Below, one piece after another: positions 17,631-27,592 of a stretch of DNA of 64,000 nucleotides. Position 1 is the stretch's first letter. Every line of letters starts with the position of its first letter. A model generated the notes under the pieces. That model had not been told where the DNA came from, did no database searches, and saw only the letters and a list, made by a program, of their open reading frames with translations. The DNA is taken from the NCBI GenBank assembly GCA_029054245.1, contig JAIDFQ010000004.1, forward strand, positions 127,662-191,661, written 5' to 3'. The position numbers and the translations under genes are program-made. Origin of the DNA: Lachnospiraceae bacterium (GTDB lineage: Bacteria > Bacillota > Clostridia > Lachnospirales > Lachnospiraceae).

Positions 17631-19205
17631 TTAAGAATATGCAATAACACTGCTTTCAATCATGCCTCTGTCTTGGAAATACTTCATAAAGCAGGTGCTT
17701 CGCTCTATGGGCATTTGAATCTGCGCAAGACATACTACCGTGCCACGATAGACATTACCGTTTACCACAATCTCAGCCTGTTTTCCTCTGGCTATGGTCG
17801 CTTCACATTTCTTGCGTTCTTCGATGTTTTCTCCAAGATCTTTCTTCAGGGAATTAATCCTATATTCAAGATCTTTAATCCGCCCTTCCATAATATCTGG
17901 AATTTTTCCGTTTGCTGCTTTCTTTTTCCGCAAAAGTTCTGATGCTTTTTCTGTCAGTTCTTGTAATTCCTCGCTAAACTCCATCTCTGCCGCTTTTGCC
18001 GACTGCAGCCTCGTATAGACTTCCTTTTCACTGCCCACATGAACTACCGTTCTAACCTCCGCCGGATTTCCGATTTCTGTTGCAGAGATTCCCATCATCG
18101 CATGGGTATATCCGCCAATGATAGCTCCCTTATTTCCCGTTAATATCACCTGCCCATCAGATGCTATTCTGGAATTTAAGATCGTATTTGCCTGCACATT
18201 ACCGCCTGCGTTAACCACTGTATGTTCAATAAAATCAGCAAAAATATTGCCTCTGGCCGAAATCTTAGCTCTCTGGGCGCCTTGAATGCCCTTTTTCAAA
18301 ATCACATCACCGCCGGCAAACAGATTAACCGCCTCGACCGTACCCTGAATTTCAATATTTCTTCCTGCCCTTATCACCACACCAGCTTCTACGTTTCCAT
18401 TTATGACGATATCTCCGTAAAATTCGACCTTTCCGGTAATCAGGGTAACGTCCCCATTAATTTCATGCAGGGATTGGATATCTATCTTGCCATTCTTGAA
18501 TTCAATCTTGCCGTCCTTCTGCGCCAAGAAAACATCTGGATTATCTGGACTGCAAACGACCTGCCCTCGAAGCGGCGCTGCCTCCTTGACTCTCTTGACC
18601 TGTAGGACTCTTCCCCTTACATCATAACCATTCTCTCCCTCTTTGGCATGATGATAAATAGCAATCACTTCGTCCTTCCGCACATTCTGGAGCACACTCA
18701 TACTGGTATAGTCCACACTGCCATCTTCTAAAACCTTAGGCGCCCTGTGCTGGTCGGGGTCAAATTTGTACTCATAATAACCATCCTTCCCCTCAATGAC
18801 CGGCTGCCCCTTTGCCACCACGATTTCACGTTCATATACCTTCTTTTTAATCATGGCGGCAAGATTGGAGTGATGAAAGCCTGTTGTTATCCCGCTCTTT
18901 TTGAGGAAACTTATGATCTCTTCCATGGTATATTTTTCCTTCCCCTTCCCGGGTACGGTCAAATAAAGCCATGCTGTCATGTCATCCTCTGCTATTTTTA
19001 TATAAGAACCATTTTCCTCAATGCTAAGGGCATTGGAATTGGTCTCGTCTATAATATCACTTAACATCTGCCCTTCCGGGATTGGCTCTGATATCGGTTC
19101 CTCACGTTTGGCACTCTGACCTCCATCCTCCATAATCAGCGCTTCCATTTCCCTCCGGAGTTCTGCGATTTCTTCTTCAGATAAAAAATCTGCTTTACTG
19201 CCCAT
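17631..19205 (-). CDS. DUF342 / FapA-family protein
   Basis: PVIEGKDG, DGSVDYTS, beta-helix-like GDV....GKVEFYGDIVINGNVEAG repeats and a C-terminal coiled coil. Confidence 0.8.
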   Translation of the reverse strand: MGSKADFLSEEEIAELRREMEALIMEDGGQSAKREEPISEPIPEGQMLSDIIDETNSNALSIEENGSYIKIAEDDMTAWLYLTVPGKGKEKYTMEEIISFLKKSGITTGFHHSNLAAMIKKKVYEREIVVAKGQPVIEGKDGYYEYKFDPDQHRAPKVLEDGSVDYTSMSVLQNVRKDEVIAIYHHAKEGENGYDVRGRVLQVKRVKEAAPLRGQVVCSPDNPDVFLAQKDGKIEFKNGKIDIQSLHEINGDVTLITGKVEFYGDIVINGNVEAGVVIRAGRNIEIQGTVEAVNLFAGGDVILKKGIQGAQRAKISARGNIFADFIEHTVVNAGGNVQANTILNSRIASDGQVILTGNKGAIIGGYTHAMMGISATEIGNPAEVRTVVHVGSEKEVYTRLQSAKAAEMEFSEELQELTEKASELLRKKKAANGKIPDIMEGRIKDLEYRINSLKKDLGENIEERKKCEATIARGKQAEIVVNGNVYRGTVVCLAQIQMPIERSTCFMKYFQDRGMIESSVIAYS

Positions 19206-19326
19206 CGTATGCCCTCCCTTCTTTTCCTGTCTGTAATATTATGCATATGGCAATAAGTAACATCATTACTATTGTAACATCATTACCATCATTGTTGCAA
19301 ACATAAAAAGAAAAAGAGTGCATGTT

Positions 19327-21987
19327 TTATTTTTGGAGCTGGGAAAGGCGCATTTGAACCTGTTCCATCATCTGCGTGTATTTGGTTCTTTTTTCTTTTT
19401 CTTCTGCAATTTTAGCTTCTGGCGCCTTGGATAGGAATTTTTCATTGTTCAGCATACCATTTACCCGGGCCAGCTCGCCGCCCAGTCTCTTTTCCTCTTT
19501 TTTAAGTCGTTCAATCTCCTGCGCGATATCTACAAGCTCTGCAAATGGGATATAGAGAGTTGCGTTGGCAATCACTACTGATACTGCGTCCTTAGCGATG
19601 CCTTCCTTGTCTTTCGAAACGGTCACTTCCGATGCGTAGGCAAGAGACTTGAAGAATAGCCTGCCCTCTGTGAAAGCATTGATGATCTCTTCCTTTTCGC
19701 TTACCACGAACACCTGTGCTTTTCTGCTGGGTGCAACATTCATTTCTGTGCGGACATTCCGTATGCCCCTTACAGCTTCCTTGATGATTTCAATATCCTT
19801 TTCTTCCTTTTCAAAGTGCCACATCTCCTGGTATTCGGGCCATTTGGAAATCATGATGGATTCCTCTTCCGACTGCAGTGTGCAGAAGATTTCCTCCGTG
19901 ATAAACGGCATATATGGATGAAGAAGCTTAAGCGCATGAATAAGGACCGTCCGCAGCGTCCAGAGGGCAGCATCTTTGCTGGTCTGATCATCTGAATTAT
20001 AAAGGCGGGGCTTTACCATCTCAATATACCAGTCGCAGAATTCATCCCAGATAAAGTCATAAACTTTCTGAACCGCAATGCCCAGCTCGAAGCTGTCCAT
20101 ATTGTCTGTTACATCCTTAATCAGCGTATTCAATTTGGAAAGGATCCACTTATCAACCGGTTCTAAGGAAGGATCTGCTATCTTCAATCCTTCTTCCGGC
20201 ATGTTCATCATGATGAAACGGGAAGCATTCCAGATCTTATTTGCGAAATTCCTGCTCGCCTCCACTCTCTCATAGTAAAAGCGCATATCGTTGCCAGGCG
20301 CATTTCCGGTAATCAGGGTAAGACGCAGGGCGTCAGCGCCATATTGGTCGATGATTTCAAGCGGATCGATACCATTTCCTAAAGACTTGCTCATCTTCCT
20401 CCCCTGGGAATCCCTTACCAGTCCGTGGAAGAGCACTGTCTTAAAGGGCTTTTCACCCATCTGCTCATAACCAGAAAAAATCATGCGGATAACCCAGAAG
20501 AAAATGATATCATATCCGGTCACCAAAACGTCTGTAGGATAAAAATACTTAAGATCCTCGCTCTGATTCGGCCACCCCAAGGTTGAAAAAGGCCAGAGCG
20601 CCGAAGAGAACCACGTATCCAGCGTATCCGGATCCTGGGTAAAGTGGTCGCATCCGCATTTAGCACATGTAGAAGGCGTTTTATCGCTTACCACTACTTC
20701 ACCGCATTTGTCACAGTAATATGCCGGAATCCGGTGTCCCCACCAGAGCTGTCTGGAAATACACCAGTCGCGGATATTGTCCGTCCAATTAAAATACGTT
20801 TTTTCCATGCGCTTGGGAATCAGCTGGATATCTCCCTTTTTAACTGCTTCCACAGCAGGCTTTATTAGCTCTTCCATCTTCACGAACCACTGCTGTTTGA
20901 TCATAGGCTCAATGGTCGTCTTACACCGGTCATGGGTTCCAACATTATGGGAATAATCTTCGATTTTCACCAAAAGTCCCATTTCATCCAATTCTTTCAC
21001 GATTGCTTTTCTTGCTGCATATCGATCCATCCCGCAGAACTTGCCGCCATTTTCATTGATGGTGGCATCATCATTTAAGATGTTGATCTCTGGCAGATTA
21101 TGACGCTTTCCAACCTCGAAATCGTTTGGGTCATGGGCAGGCGTGATCTTTACCACACCGGTACCGAATTCCATATCTACATAGGAATCCGCTACCACCG
21201 GGATTGCCCTGTTGACGAAGGGAAGCATCAGTTTCTTTCCTATAATATCCTTATATCTGTCATCCTCGGGATTAACTGCTACCGCTGTATCTCCCAGCAT
21301 GGTTTCAGGTCTGGTGGTGGCAAATTCTACGAACCGGGTAGTGCTCACACTGCCATCCTCCTCCAGCACCGGATACTTGATATGCCAGAAATGTCCCGCT
21401 TGTTCTGCATATTCCACCTCTGCATCTGATATAGAAGTATTGCAGACCGGGCACCAGTTGATAATACGGCTGCCTTTATAGATCCATCCTTTTTCATGCA
21501 TCTTGCAGAACACTTCCGTTACCGCCTTATTGCATCCTTCATCCATGGTGAAACGCTCTCTGTCCCAATCGCAGGAAGAGCCCATCTTTTTAAGCTGGCT
21601 GATAATCCGCCCGCCGTACTCCTTTTTCCACTCCCATGCACGGTCAAGGAACCCGTCACGCCCTAAATCTTCTTTGCTGATGCCTTCTTCCTTCAGCTTC
21701 TCAATAATCTTGACCTCCGTTGCAATGCTGGCATGATCCGTACCCGGCTGCCAGAGGGCATTATACCCCTGCATTCTCTTAAAGCGAATAAGGATGTCCT
21801 GCATGGTGTTGTCAAGCGCATGTCCCATGTGAAGCTGCCCTGTGATGTTTGGAGGGGGGATCACGATGGTAAACGGTGTCTTTGCATGGTCTACCTCGGC
21901 ATGGAAATATTTCTTTTCCAGCCACTTTTCATAAATTCTGTCTTCGATTCCCTTAGGATCATAAGTCTTTGCAAGCTCTTTGCTCAT
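19327..21987 (-). CDS. valS: Valine--tRNA ligase
   Basis: [13 protein letters not shown] (HIGH), [18 protein letters not shown]-terminal coiled coil. Confidence 0.97.
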   Translation of the reverse strand: MSKELAKTYDPKGIEDRIYEKWLEKKYFHAEVDHAKTPFTIVIPPPNITGQLHMGHALDNTMQDILIRFKRMQGYNALWQPGTDHASIATEVKIIEKLKEEGISKEDLGRDGFLDRAWEWKKEYGGRIISQLKKMGSSCDWDRERFTMDEGCNKAVTEVFCKMHEKGWIYKGSRIINWCPVCNTSISDAEVEYAEQAGHFWHIKYPVLEEDGSVSTTRFVEFATTRPETMLGDTAVAVNPEDDRYKDIIGKKLMLPFVNRAIPVVADSYVDMEFGTGVVKITPAHDPNDFEVGKRHNLPEINILNDDATINENGGKFCGMDRYAARKAIVKELDEMGLLVKIEDYSHNVGTHDRCKTTIEPMIKQQWFVKMEELIKPAVEAVKKGDIQLIPKRMEKTYFNWTDNIRDWCISRQLWWGHRIPAYYCDKCGEVVVSDKTPSTCAKCGCDHFTQDPDTLDTWFSSALWPFSTLGWPNQSEDLKYFYPTDVLVTGYDIIFFWVIRMIFSGYEQMGEKPFKTVLFHGLVRDSQGRKMSKSLGNGIDPLEIIDQYGADALRLTLITGNAPGNDMRFYYERVEASRNFANKIWNASRFIMMNMPEEGLKIADPSLEPVDKWILSKLNTLIKDVTDNMDSFELGIAVQKVYDFIWDEFCDWYIEMVKPRLYNSDDQTSKDAALWTLRTVLIHALKLLHPYMPFITEEIFCTLQSEEESIMISKWPEYQEMWHFEKEEKDIEIIKEAVRGIRNVRTEMNVAPSRKAQVFVVSEKEEIINAFTEGRLFFKSLAYASEVTVSKDKEGIAKDAVSVVIANATLYIPFAELVDIAQEIERLKKEEKRLGGELARVNGMLNNEKFLSKAPEAKIAEEKEKRTKYTQMMEQVQMRLSQLQK

Positions 21988-22029
21988 AACGATTCTCCTT
22001 TGCTCATGTTGATCTTGATGCCAAACACT

Positions 22030-22316
22030 AAAAAAGCCCTTTACAGATTCTATTCATCTGCAAAGGGCGCATTCTCTTTTCGCTGCGCGGTACCACCTTC
22101 ATTTATCACTTAAGCGATTTCTTTCAAAATCCTATCCGTTAACGGGGATAAAGCGTGAGGGCTTACTTTTGTTCGGTCCTCCGGTTCCAAAGCTACCTTC
22201 TGTATTCCTTTCCTTGAAACCTTCCAGCGCTGTGCTTTCATAAAACTGCACAGGGTTTCTTCTCTGACAGGCAGGGCACACATACTCCTCTTCTTCATTA
22301 CCTTTATCTGTAAAGT
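22030..22316 (-). ncRNA. T-box riboswitch leader of valS
   Basis: T-box AAGGTGGTACCGCG at 22086-22099; terminator GCCCTTTGCAGA/TCTGTAAAGGGC plus U6 at 22030-22068; candidate specifier GTA (Val) in GAAGGTAGC at about 22194-22196. Confidence 0.9.
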
Positions 22317-22323
22317 TATTCTT

Positions 22324-22352
22324 ATCTTAGTAGCCATCTTTGCCTTTGTCAA
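22324..22352 (-). promoter_or_regulatory. SigA promoter for the valS T-box leader
   Basis: TTGACA (22352-22347), 17-nt spacer, TAAGAT (22329-22324). Confidence 0.75.
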
Positions 22353-22384
22353 GAAGGAGTTTCATTTTCTACCCAAAAAATTTT

Positions 22385-23227
22385 TCAAACTTTCAAAATC
22401 CCTTCACCGTAAATATCAGACCAGAATCTCATTGCCATCTGCGCTTCCTCATTGTCCACTCCAATCAGTTTGGAAAGTTCATACGCCGCTTCGTCCATCT
22501 TTCCCTTTTTGCGTAGTTCCACGATCTGTTTCACTTCATCTCCATAATAGATGATGCCATAATAGTTCACGTACCGCTTCCACGACTTCAAAAAGCGCAG
22601 TGGGAAAACCGGCGGAAAAACACCGCTCGCAATCATCAGATAACGGATCAGCAAAAACGCTGCAAATCCTACAACAAAGCTTAAGAGCTCTGCCCTGCCT
22701 TCCCATTCCTCTCTGGAAAATTCTTTAAACGCTCCCCTCATATCTATGTAAAAAGAGGTATCTGTAAACGCATACCCTTCCTCTTCTGCCGCCTCTATAA
22801 GCCCCTCATCTAACTGTCCCATGACCACTCTTCCCACCGGCAATACACGGTAAATATCCGGAAACATAGAAGTATCGTCTGGATCATGATCATATTGCGC
22901 GTTATAAAAATTCTCATCCGCCAATACCACCTCTCCTGACCCCAATTCATAGATATGGTAAAAGACCCCATCGTAATATAGCGTGCCAAGTTCCTGCTCC
23001 TTCTTTATGTGAGCGGTAAAATAATCCTCCCTCATCATGTCTGAAATACTCTCTACTATCGGTGTCCCCTCACCTGCCGCAGCGCCGATTTCTATATCGG
23101 AAAATACCTCTTCCTTAGACTTTTCTTCCATGACGTCAATCACCTTTCCTGCCCCGAAGTTGACCAGCGATCCGACTCCATAAGCCACAACCATGGCAAT
23201 TGCAAAATCCATTCGTATCTTTGACAT
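22385..23227 (-). CDS. Hypothetical membrane protein (N-terminal anchor, extracytoplasmic domain, TM, helical C-terminal domain)
   Basis: 280-aa ORF with GAGGAGG RBS and two hydrophobic segments; no family recognised. Confidence 0.75.
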   Translation of the reverse strand: MSKIRMDFAIAMVVAYGVGSLVNFGAGKVIDVMEEKSKEEVFSDIEIGAAAGEGTPIVESISDMMREDYFTAHIKKEQELGTLYYDGVFYHIYELGSGEVVLADENFYNAQYDHDPDDTSMFPDIYRVLPVGRVVMGQLDEGLIEAAEEEGYAFTDTSFYIDMRGAFKEFSREEWEGRAELLSFVVGFAAFLLIRYLMIASGVFPPVFPLRFLKSWKRYVNYYGIIYYGDEVKQIVELRKKGKMDEAAYELSKLIGVDNEEAQMAMRFWSDIYGEGILKV

Positions 23228-23241
23228 AATTCCTCCTCATC

Positions 23242-23820
23242 TCAATTTATGAAATCTTCTTTTCCGCGTGCAAGCAAAAACTCTGTATAACTAAAGTAAT
23301 ACGTCCCCTTGTCTTGACAGCTTCCTCTTCTGGGAAGAAAATCCTTGATTCTTACCATGCGGTCTCCACAGTTCCCACACTTATAGCCACAGACATAGCA
23401 GCCCCTCTGACCGCCGGAAATAGCGCTCACCGAAGGCACCCTCATCATATTTTCGGCAAGATAAGGGAGCGGATCTTTGTAGGCTTCTTCTCCCTTCGCC
23501 GGGATCTGGAAAATCCCGTCCATCTCCGTCATGGGAAGCATCTTCCCCTTGCACTTGGTACATACGGTGTGATCCTTCATATCCACGGATTTTCTTCCAT
23601 AGATGAATCCAATCAACATTGCCACAACAATTGCCCCTATGAAAAATCCATACTGTACAAGCGGAGAGCTGTCTTTCAGCACCCGCTGCATAACAGCACT
23701 TAAGATTGCGCCTATGGGTATTCCAACAAATCCCGTCACAAGACTTAAGACGAATATTACAAGATAGCACTCTTTCTTCATTCCACGGTCTTCTTCCCTT
23801 GCAAGAATCATTCTTTCCAT
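23242..23820 (-). CDS. Hypothetical 2-TM protein with Cys-rich (putative Zn-binding) cytoplasmic domain
   Basis: Two N-terminal TMs, CTKC and CYVCGYKCGNCG motifs; GGAGGT RBS. Confidence 0.75.
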   Translation of the reverse strand: MERMILAREEDRGMKKECYLVIFVLSLVTGFVGIPIGAILSAVMQRVLKDSSPLVQYGFFIGAIVVAMLIGFIYGRKSVDMKDHTVCTKCKGKMLPMTEMDGIFQIPAKGEEAYKDPLPYLAENMMRVPSVSAISGGQRGCYVCGYKCGNCGDRMVRIKDFLPRRGSCQDKGTYYFSYTEFLLARGKEDFIN

Positions 23821-23855
23821 TTATTTTTACCTCCATCCCAAAGCGTTACAAATTC

Positions 23856-24737
23856 TCACCTATTTAGCAAAATCTGATAAGATGCCTTCCATGTATTTTC
23901 CGGCATGAGCAGATTTTCCCACTCCCGATCCTTTAATTCTCCCGAAAAGCTCTCGTGATCGCATCTCCCATACCAAGGCTCAATACAGATAAATGGCGCA
24001 TTTTTCTGGGGCGGAGACCAGATTCCAAATAAAGGCGCTTCCATCCTGACCGTAAGATATGGGGTCTTGTCCGGTCTGCACAAAGACACCTCTCTCACCT
24101 GGTCATGCTCGATTACCAACGCATCATGATCGAACATATGCTCCGTGATTTGCAGATACCCTTGATCTAGTGCATAAACATCCTTTTCATCTGTTGCCAG
24201 CCCCTTGCCGCTGATTCTGGTGCTTATCACCTTTTCTTCCGTATCAAACATAAGAAAACAGTCTGTCTGTTTTTCCCCTTCCTTGATTGGACAATTAAAT
24301 GCAGGATGACCGCCAATGGAAAAGGGCAGTTCCTCCCTGCCCGGATTCTCCACCTGCCAGCACACCTCTACTCCCGCTTCCAGCAGACGATATCCAAGCT
24401 TTAACACAAATGCATAGGGATACTTTTGTCTTGTCTCTTCACTGTCCTTTAACACAAACCAGATTTCTTCCTCTGATTGTGAAAGAAGTTCAAATTCCAT
24501 ATCTCTGGCAAAGCCATGCTGACCCATGGAAAAAGTCTGTCCCTTAGTTGTGTACTCCTTATTTTTGACGCCCCCTACAAAGGGAAATAATACCGGTGAA
24601 GTTCTTCCCCAGAAAGCCGGATCCGCCTTCCACAGGTATTCGGTCCCATCGCTCCTGTTTTTGAATGATTTAAGCTCCGCCCCTTTTGAATGAATCTCAA
24701 TTTCCACTGCATCATTCTTCAAACCATAAATTGCCAT
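23856..24737 (-). CDS. Aldose 1-epimerase family protein (LacX-like)
   Basis: KGAELKS, SPVLFPFVG, QHGFARD, FSIGGHPAF, FICIEPW. Confidence 0.88.
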   Translation of the reverse strand: MAIYGLKNDAVEIEIHSKGAELKSFKNRSDGTEYLWKADPAFWGRTSPVLFPFVGGVKNKEYTTKGQTFSMGQHGFARDMEFELLSQSEEEIWFVLKDSEETRQKYPYAFVLKLGYRLLEAGVEVCWQVENPGREELPFSIGGHPAFNCPIKEGEKQTDCFLMFDTEEKVISTRISGKGLATDEKDVYALDQGYLQITEHMFDHDALVIEHDQVREVSLCRPDKTPYLTVRMEAPLFGIWSPPQKNAPFICIEPWYGRCDHESFSGELKDREWENLLMPENTWKASYQILLNR

Positions 24738-24751
24738 AGCCCTCTCCTTCC

Positions 24752-25366
24752 TTAATCCCCATCTTCCATATCCACATAGGAAACATCAATGATTCTTTCT
24801 TTATCTCTTTTTACCTTAAACACTCTTGACAAAATCCATATATCAGACACGCCGTCATAAATCAGAAATATTCCTATAATCCTGACCACCAGTTCAATTG
24901 CCTTGAATGGGTTAAAAATCAGCACAATGCCCAAAATTACAGTGAGCATCCCCAGCAAAAATGCCAGCCACCAGTTTTCATAGCCGTCCTTTTTTAGTGC
25001 CAGCGCCTGAACCACATTATGTAAACCATGTATCACAATCAGGACCCCCACGATCACGGGCACCGCCATAATAATCATTTCCGGCTTCAGCAGAATCCAA
25101 AGTCCTATCACAGCAAAGACAATGCCCAGAAGCATCATTCCCTGCAGAAGAATTGTCCTTTCTCTGTTAAACAGATAAAGGACAATCTGCAAAATGCCGT
25201 ATGCCAGCAGCACGCCTCCAAGCAGCATACAGATAATCTGACTTGTGGCCCCCGGCCAGATGATCAGTACCAATCCCAGCAATACGCACATAAGCGCCGA
25301 TATTGTATCATTTGCCTTTAAACTTTTAAAAAAATCTGTCATATCACTCTCTCCTTTTTTTATCAT
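24752..25366 (-). CDS. HdeD/DUF308-family membrane protein
   Basis: Six short hydrophobic helices in a paired repeat pattern. Confidence 0.75.
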   Translation of the reverse strand: MIKKGESDMTDFFKSLKANDTISALMCVLLGLVLIIWPGATSQIICMLLGGVLLAYGILQIVLYLFNRERTILLQGMMLLGIVFAVIGLWILLKPEMIIMAVPVIVGVLIVIHGLHNVVQALALKKDGYENWWLAFLLGMLTVILGIVLIFNPFKAIELVVRIIGIFLIYDGVSDIWILSRVFKVKRDKERIIDVSYVDMEDGD

Positions 25367-25904
25367 AATGCCTTTTTTTCAAGGCTTCATAAATCAGATA
25401 AGCTATATATCCAAGCACTGCCCCAAAGCAGTTCAAAAGGATATCATCCACATCAAAAGCGCCGAATGCACTGAAAAGCTGGAAGACTTCAATTCCCAGT
25501 ACGAAAAGAAAGGCGTTCAAAAGCATCACCAGAAAGTTTCTGCCCCACTTAAGAACATATGGCAGCAAAAAGCCAAATGGAATAAAGACCACCACATTCC
25601 CTACCAGATTTTCAAAGCTGTTGAGCTTGTAGGAATAATCTATATACATACGTATCGTCTTAAATAACGTGAAATTAGCCGTATCCAATCCCTCCAGAAT
25701 CACCCCTTTTTCCCAGGTAGCGGCAATTTCCCTTAATTGTTCCAGAGGGTACTTAAAAATGATCACCTTGATCACAACAAGCAGATAAATAAAGAAGATC
25801 AGTCTGACATATTTCTTATGAAATTGTCCATCCTTCACTAATAACGAACCTCCATCAAAGTAAGTCCCTTTGCAGGCACAAGCGCTCCTGCACGTTCCCT
25901 GCAT
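25344..25904 (-). CDS. VanZ-like family membrane protein
   Basis: NLVGNVVVFIPFG, EVFQ and FDVDDILLN VanZ-like motifs. Confidence 0.85.
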   Translation of the reverse strand: MQGTCRSACACKGTYFDGGSLLVKDGQFHKKYVRLIFFIYLLVVIKVIIFKYPLEQLREIAATWEKGVILEGLDTANFTLFKTIRMYIDYSYKLNSFENLVGNVVVFIPFGFLLPYVLKWGRNFLVMLLNAFLFVLGIEVFQLFSAFGAFDVDDILLNCFGAVLGYIAYLIYEALKKRHYDKKRRE

Positions 25905-26605
25905 AAAGATGAGAGCACCTCTAAAACCTCTTCAGGTCTTCTCTTGTGTGTGCCCACTTCCAACAATGTTCCTGTCATAATGCGAACCATGTGATACAAA
26001 AAACCATTACCACTATACCAGAACCGGATTTCATCCTGCATCCCCGCTGTCTGTGCGGACATGCCTGCCGCTGTTTCTATGCGGATGGACTCAATGGTCC
26101 TAAGGGTAGACTTTTTTCCCCTCTTAGTTGAGGTAAAAGCCTTGAAATCATGAGTACCTGTCAAATATTCTGCTGCCTTTCTCATCGCCTCAAGATCCAA
26201 CTTTTCAGGTACCACATAAGTATATCTTCTGTCAAAAACGTGCGGAATATGCGTGTTGAGCACACGATAACAGTAAGTCTTTCCTTTTGCATTCAGCCTG
26301 CTGTGAAATCGTTCCGACACTTCCTTTAAAGAAATTACCGCAATATCTTCCGGAAGGTACGTATTCATATATTCCATGATCTCACCCGCGTGCATTTCCG
26401 TATCTGCATGGAAATTAGCAACCTGCCCCAATGCGTGTACCCCTGCATCCGTCCTGCCAGAGCCCTGTACTTCTATCTTCTGCCCTGTCATCTTAGAAAG
26501 CAGCGCTTCCAGTTTTCCCTGAATGGTATGTTCTGTGTTTTCCTGCTTCTGCCAGCCCTGATACCGTGTCCCTTCGTATTGCAGTATCATTTTAAAATTA
26601 CGCAA
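25838..26605 (-). CDS. truA: tRNA pseudouridine(38-40) synthase
   Basis: YEGTRYQGWQ, GSGRTDAGVHALGQ, GTHDFKAF, FLYHMVRIM. Confidence 0.92.
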   Translation of the reverse strand: MRNFKMILQYEGTRYQGWQKQENTEHTIQGKLEALLSKMTGQKIEVQGSGRTDAGVHALGQVANFHADTEMHAGEIMEYMNTYLPEDIAVISLKEVSERFHSRLNAKGKTYCYRVLNTHIPHVFDRRYTYVVPEKLDLEAMRKAAEYLTGTHDFKAFTSTKRGKKSTLRTIESIRIETAAGMSAQTAGMQDEIRFWYSGNGFLYHMVRIMTGTLLEVGTHKRRPEEVLEVLSSLCRERAGALVPAKGLTLMEVRY

Positions 26606-27592
26606 CTACTTTACCTCCCAAGGATTTTCTTTTCCCTCCACAAAATATTTGCAGCCGAGCAGAGAGTCCCTGACCACCGTCTCCACACAATCATCCGTAT
26701 AAAAAGCCATATGATGACTTACCGTCACATTTGGGAATCCTCTTAAAATTGCCAGTTCCCTATTATTCAGTATATCTGATTTGCGGTCATAATAATACAG
26801 TCCAAATTCATTTTCTACCACATCCAGCCCTGCACCGCCGATTTTTCCGCTTTCAATGCCTGCAATCAGCGCCTCCGAATCGATCAGTCCGCCCCTTGCA
26901 GTATTTATAATCATCACACCGTCCTTCATCTGTGCAATCGTTTCGCTGTTGATCATATGATGATTTTCATCGGTGAGCGGTGCATGGAGGGTAATCACAT
27001 CTGCCTGCCGCCACATTTCCTCTAATGTCACATAAGGCACTCCCGCTGCTTTTATATCTTCATTTTCGTACAGGTCATAGGCAATCAGGCGGCAGCCGAA
27101 ACCAGCTAGATTTTTTAATACTGTCCTTCCAATTCTGCCTGTGCCGATAACGCCTACCGTCAGATCCTTAAGTTCCCTTCCCTGGATTCCCTTAAGAGAA
27201 TAATCTTGTATATTGGTACGCTCTAAAATCCGCTTCATCCTGCGGATGGTCATAAGAATGAGCATTACCGTGTAATCTGCCACACCGCAGGGACCATACG
27301 GGGCGTTTGCTACCGTCAATCCAAGCGCGTTCGCCGCCTTTATGTCCACATGATCATAACCGATTGTTCTTGTGGTTACATACTTCACACCATAGTCTGC
27401 AAATACCTTAAGCAGATCTGCCGTCATCTGTGACGTGATAATGTCTATACATTCGCTTCCCTTTGCAAGCGCCGCATTCTCTGCATCCGGTGCATCCGGG
27501 CACAATACCAGTTCTATCCCAAGCTCTCTGCCAAATCTCTCAAACAGTTCCCATTCATCAAAGGGTCTGCAATTGTATACGGTAACTTTCAT
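26606..27592 (-). CDS. D-isomer-specific 2-hydroxyacid dehydrogenase (D-lactate dehydrogenase-like)
   Basis: RTIGYDHVD, GVIGTGRIG, TLHAPL, INTARGGLI, AGLDVVE and H.AFYT motifs. Confidence 0.88.
   Translation of the reverse strand: MKVTVYNCRPFDEWELFERFGRELGIELVLCPDAPDAENAALAKGSECIDIITSQMTADLLKVFADYGVKYVTTRTIGYDHVDIKAANALGLTVANAPYGPCGVADYTVMLILMTIRRMKRILERTNIQDYSLKGIQGRELKDLTVGVIGTGRIGRTVLKNLAGFGCRLIAYDLYENEDIKAAGVPYVTLEEMWRQADVITLHAPLTDENHHMINSETIAQMKDGVMIINTARGGLIDSEALIAGIESGKIGGAGLDVVENEFGLYYYDRKSDILNNRELAILRGFPNVTVSHHMAFYTDDCVETVVRDSLLGCKYFVEGKENPWEVK

Noticed and set aside
16908-17942. Long antisense ORFs (344 aa here; also 257-895, 29790-30479, 32514-33365, 55192-55836)
   Set aside because: They lie opposite well-supported conserved genes, have no motifs or RBS, and are typical codon-bias shadows.
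22110-22352. 80-aa minus-strand ORF
   Set aside because: It coincides with the valS promoter and T-box leader (TTG start inside the -35 box); better explained as non-coding RNA.
25344-27592. Vancomycin-resistance (van) cluster suggested by a VanZ-like gene beside a D-lactate dehydrogenase, plus a D,D-carboxypeptidase elsewhere
   Set aside because: No D-Ala-D-Lac ligase, VanX or linked VanRS; truA lies between the genes; these are common housekeeping families.
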